DNA of 6,498 nucleotides from a virus (Duplodnaviria; Heunggongvirae; Uroviricota; Caudoviricetes): IMG/VR virus record IMGVR_UViG_2706794673_000009; one strand, 5' to 3'. Shown piece by piece: positions 6,198 to 6,498 of this stretch (position 1 is its first letter; each line of letters starts with the position of its first letter). The notes under the pieces were generated by a model. It saw only the letters and a program-made list of their open reading frames with translations, ran no database searches and was not told where the DNA came from. The position numbers and the translations under genes were made by a program.

Positions 6198-6498
6198 TTA
6201 ACCCGCAGTGCTTTCAACTGATGAGGGGAACAAAATCTTTTCATCAAACCCTGCATTCATATCATGAACAGCAACACACCAATCCATCGACGAACGATTA
6301 TCAAGAGCCTCCATGATTTCATCCATGCGGCGTAGGTCATACAGGTAAATGCTTTTATCGCCAATGGTGTAAAAGCCAATTTTTTTCGGTGATGGATGAG
6401 GTGTACTGGCAATAGCGGACACTACCATTTGTTCTTTTTTTAAGCAGCCATCTGATGATATTTTTCCCTGAAGGCTGCCGGGGAGATATTCCCCAGAC
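6198..6498 (-). CDS. 3' portion of a gene entering from the right edge (visible C-terminal ~100 aa ...MVVSAIASTPHPSPKKIGFYTIGDKSIYLYDLRRMDEIMEALDNRSSMDWCVAVHDMNAGFDEKILFPSSVESTAG); product unknown
   Basis: Frame is open from the window edge to TAA at 6198-6200. The internal ATG at 6428 has no Shine-Dalgarno, so the true start is probably outside the window. Codons in 6397-6495 lie in the inverted repeat. Confidence 0.55.
   Translation of the reverse strand, partial: SGEYLPGSLQGKISSDGCLKKEQMVVSAIASTPHPSPKKIGFYTIGDKSIYLYDLRRMDEIMEALDNRSSMDWCVAVHDMNAGFDEKILFPSSVESTAG
6397..6495. repeat. Right copy of the perfect inverted repeat of at least 99 bp (reverse complement of 1..99)
   Basis: Exact reverse-complement identity to 1-99. 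Positions 6496-6498 (gac) would pair with bases beyond the left edge. Confidence 0.9.

Noticed and set aside
5971-6316. ORFs 5971-6162 (-) and 6038-6316 (+)
   Set aside because: They compete with the 55-aa and 114-aa ORFs, which have strong ribosome-binding sites, translational coupling and paralogy. These alternatives look like Arg/Trp-rich frame noise.
1-6498. Terminal inverted repeats as ends of an IS element or composite transposon
   Set aside because: No transposase-like ORF in the window. The repeat is 99 bp of coding sequence rather than short IS-type ends, and the content is phage nin/Q genes.
1-6498. CRISPR array, rRNA or toxin-antitoxin pair
   Set aside because: No periodic direct repeats with spacers, no rRNA-like conserved stretches, and no recognisable toxin/antitoxin motifs in the visible sequence.

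Overview
This window reads as part of an enterobacterial lambdoid (pro)phage, with almost all coding on the minus strand (transcription right to left). From right to left: a partial gene entering from the right edge, two small paralogous ORFs, a 114-aa ORF, a strong terminator, an apparently frameshifted ORF, then a tightly coupled DUF968/HNH-like gene, rusA (Holliday-junction resolvase) and a Q-type late antiterminator. Downstream of Q lie a candidate late promoter plus short-transcript terminator, a 65-aa winged-helix-like ORF bracketed by two terminators, a beta-class DNA amino-methyltransferase whose 5' end is hidden, and a tRNA with a CAU anticodon. The window is bracketed by perfect inverted repeats of at least 99 bp (1-99 versus 6397-6495), each carrying the same open reading frame segment reading inward. 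Three N-runs (496-760, 1701-1950, 5323-5533) hide sequence and nothing is claimed inside them. No CRISPR array, transposase or rRNA is visible. All family assignments come from reading the translated ORFs and recalling conserved motifs; no database search was run.
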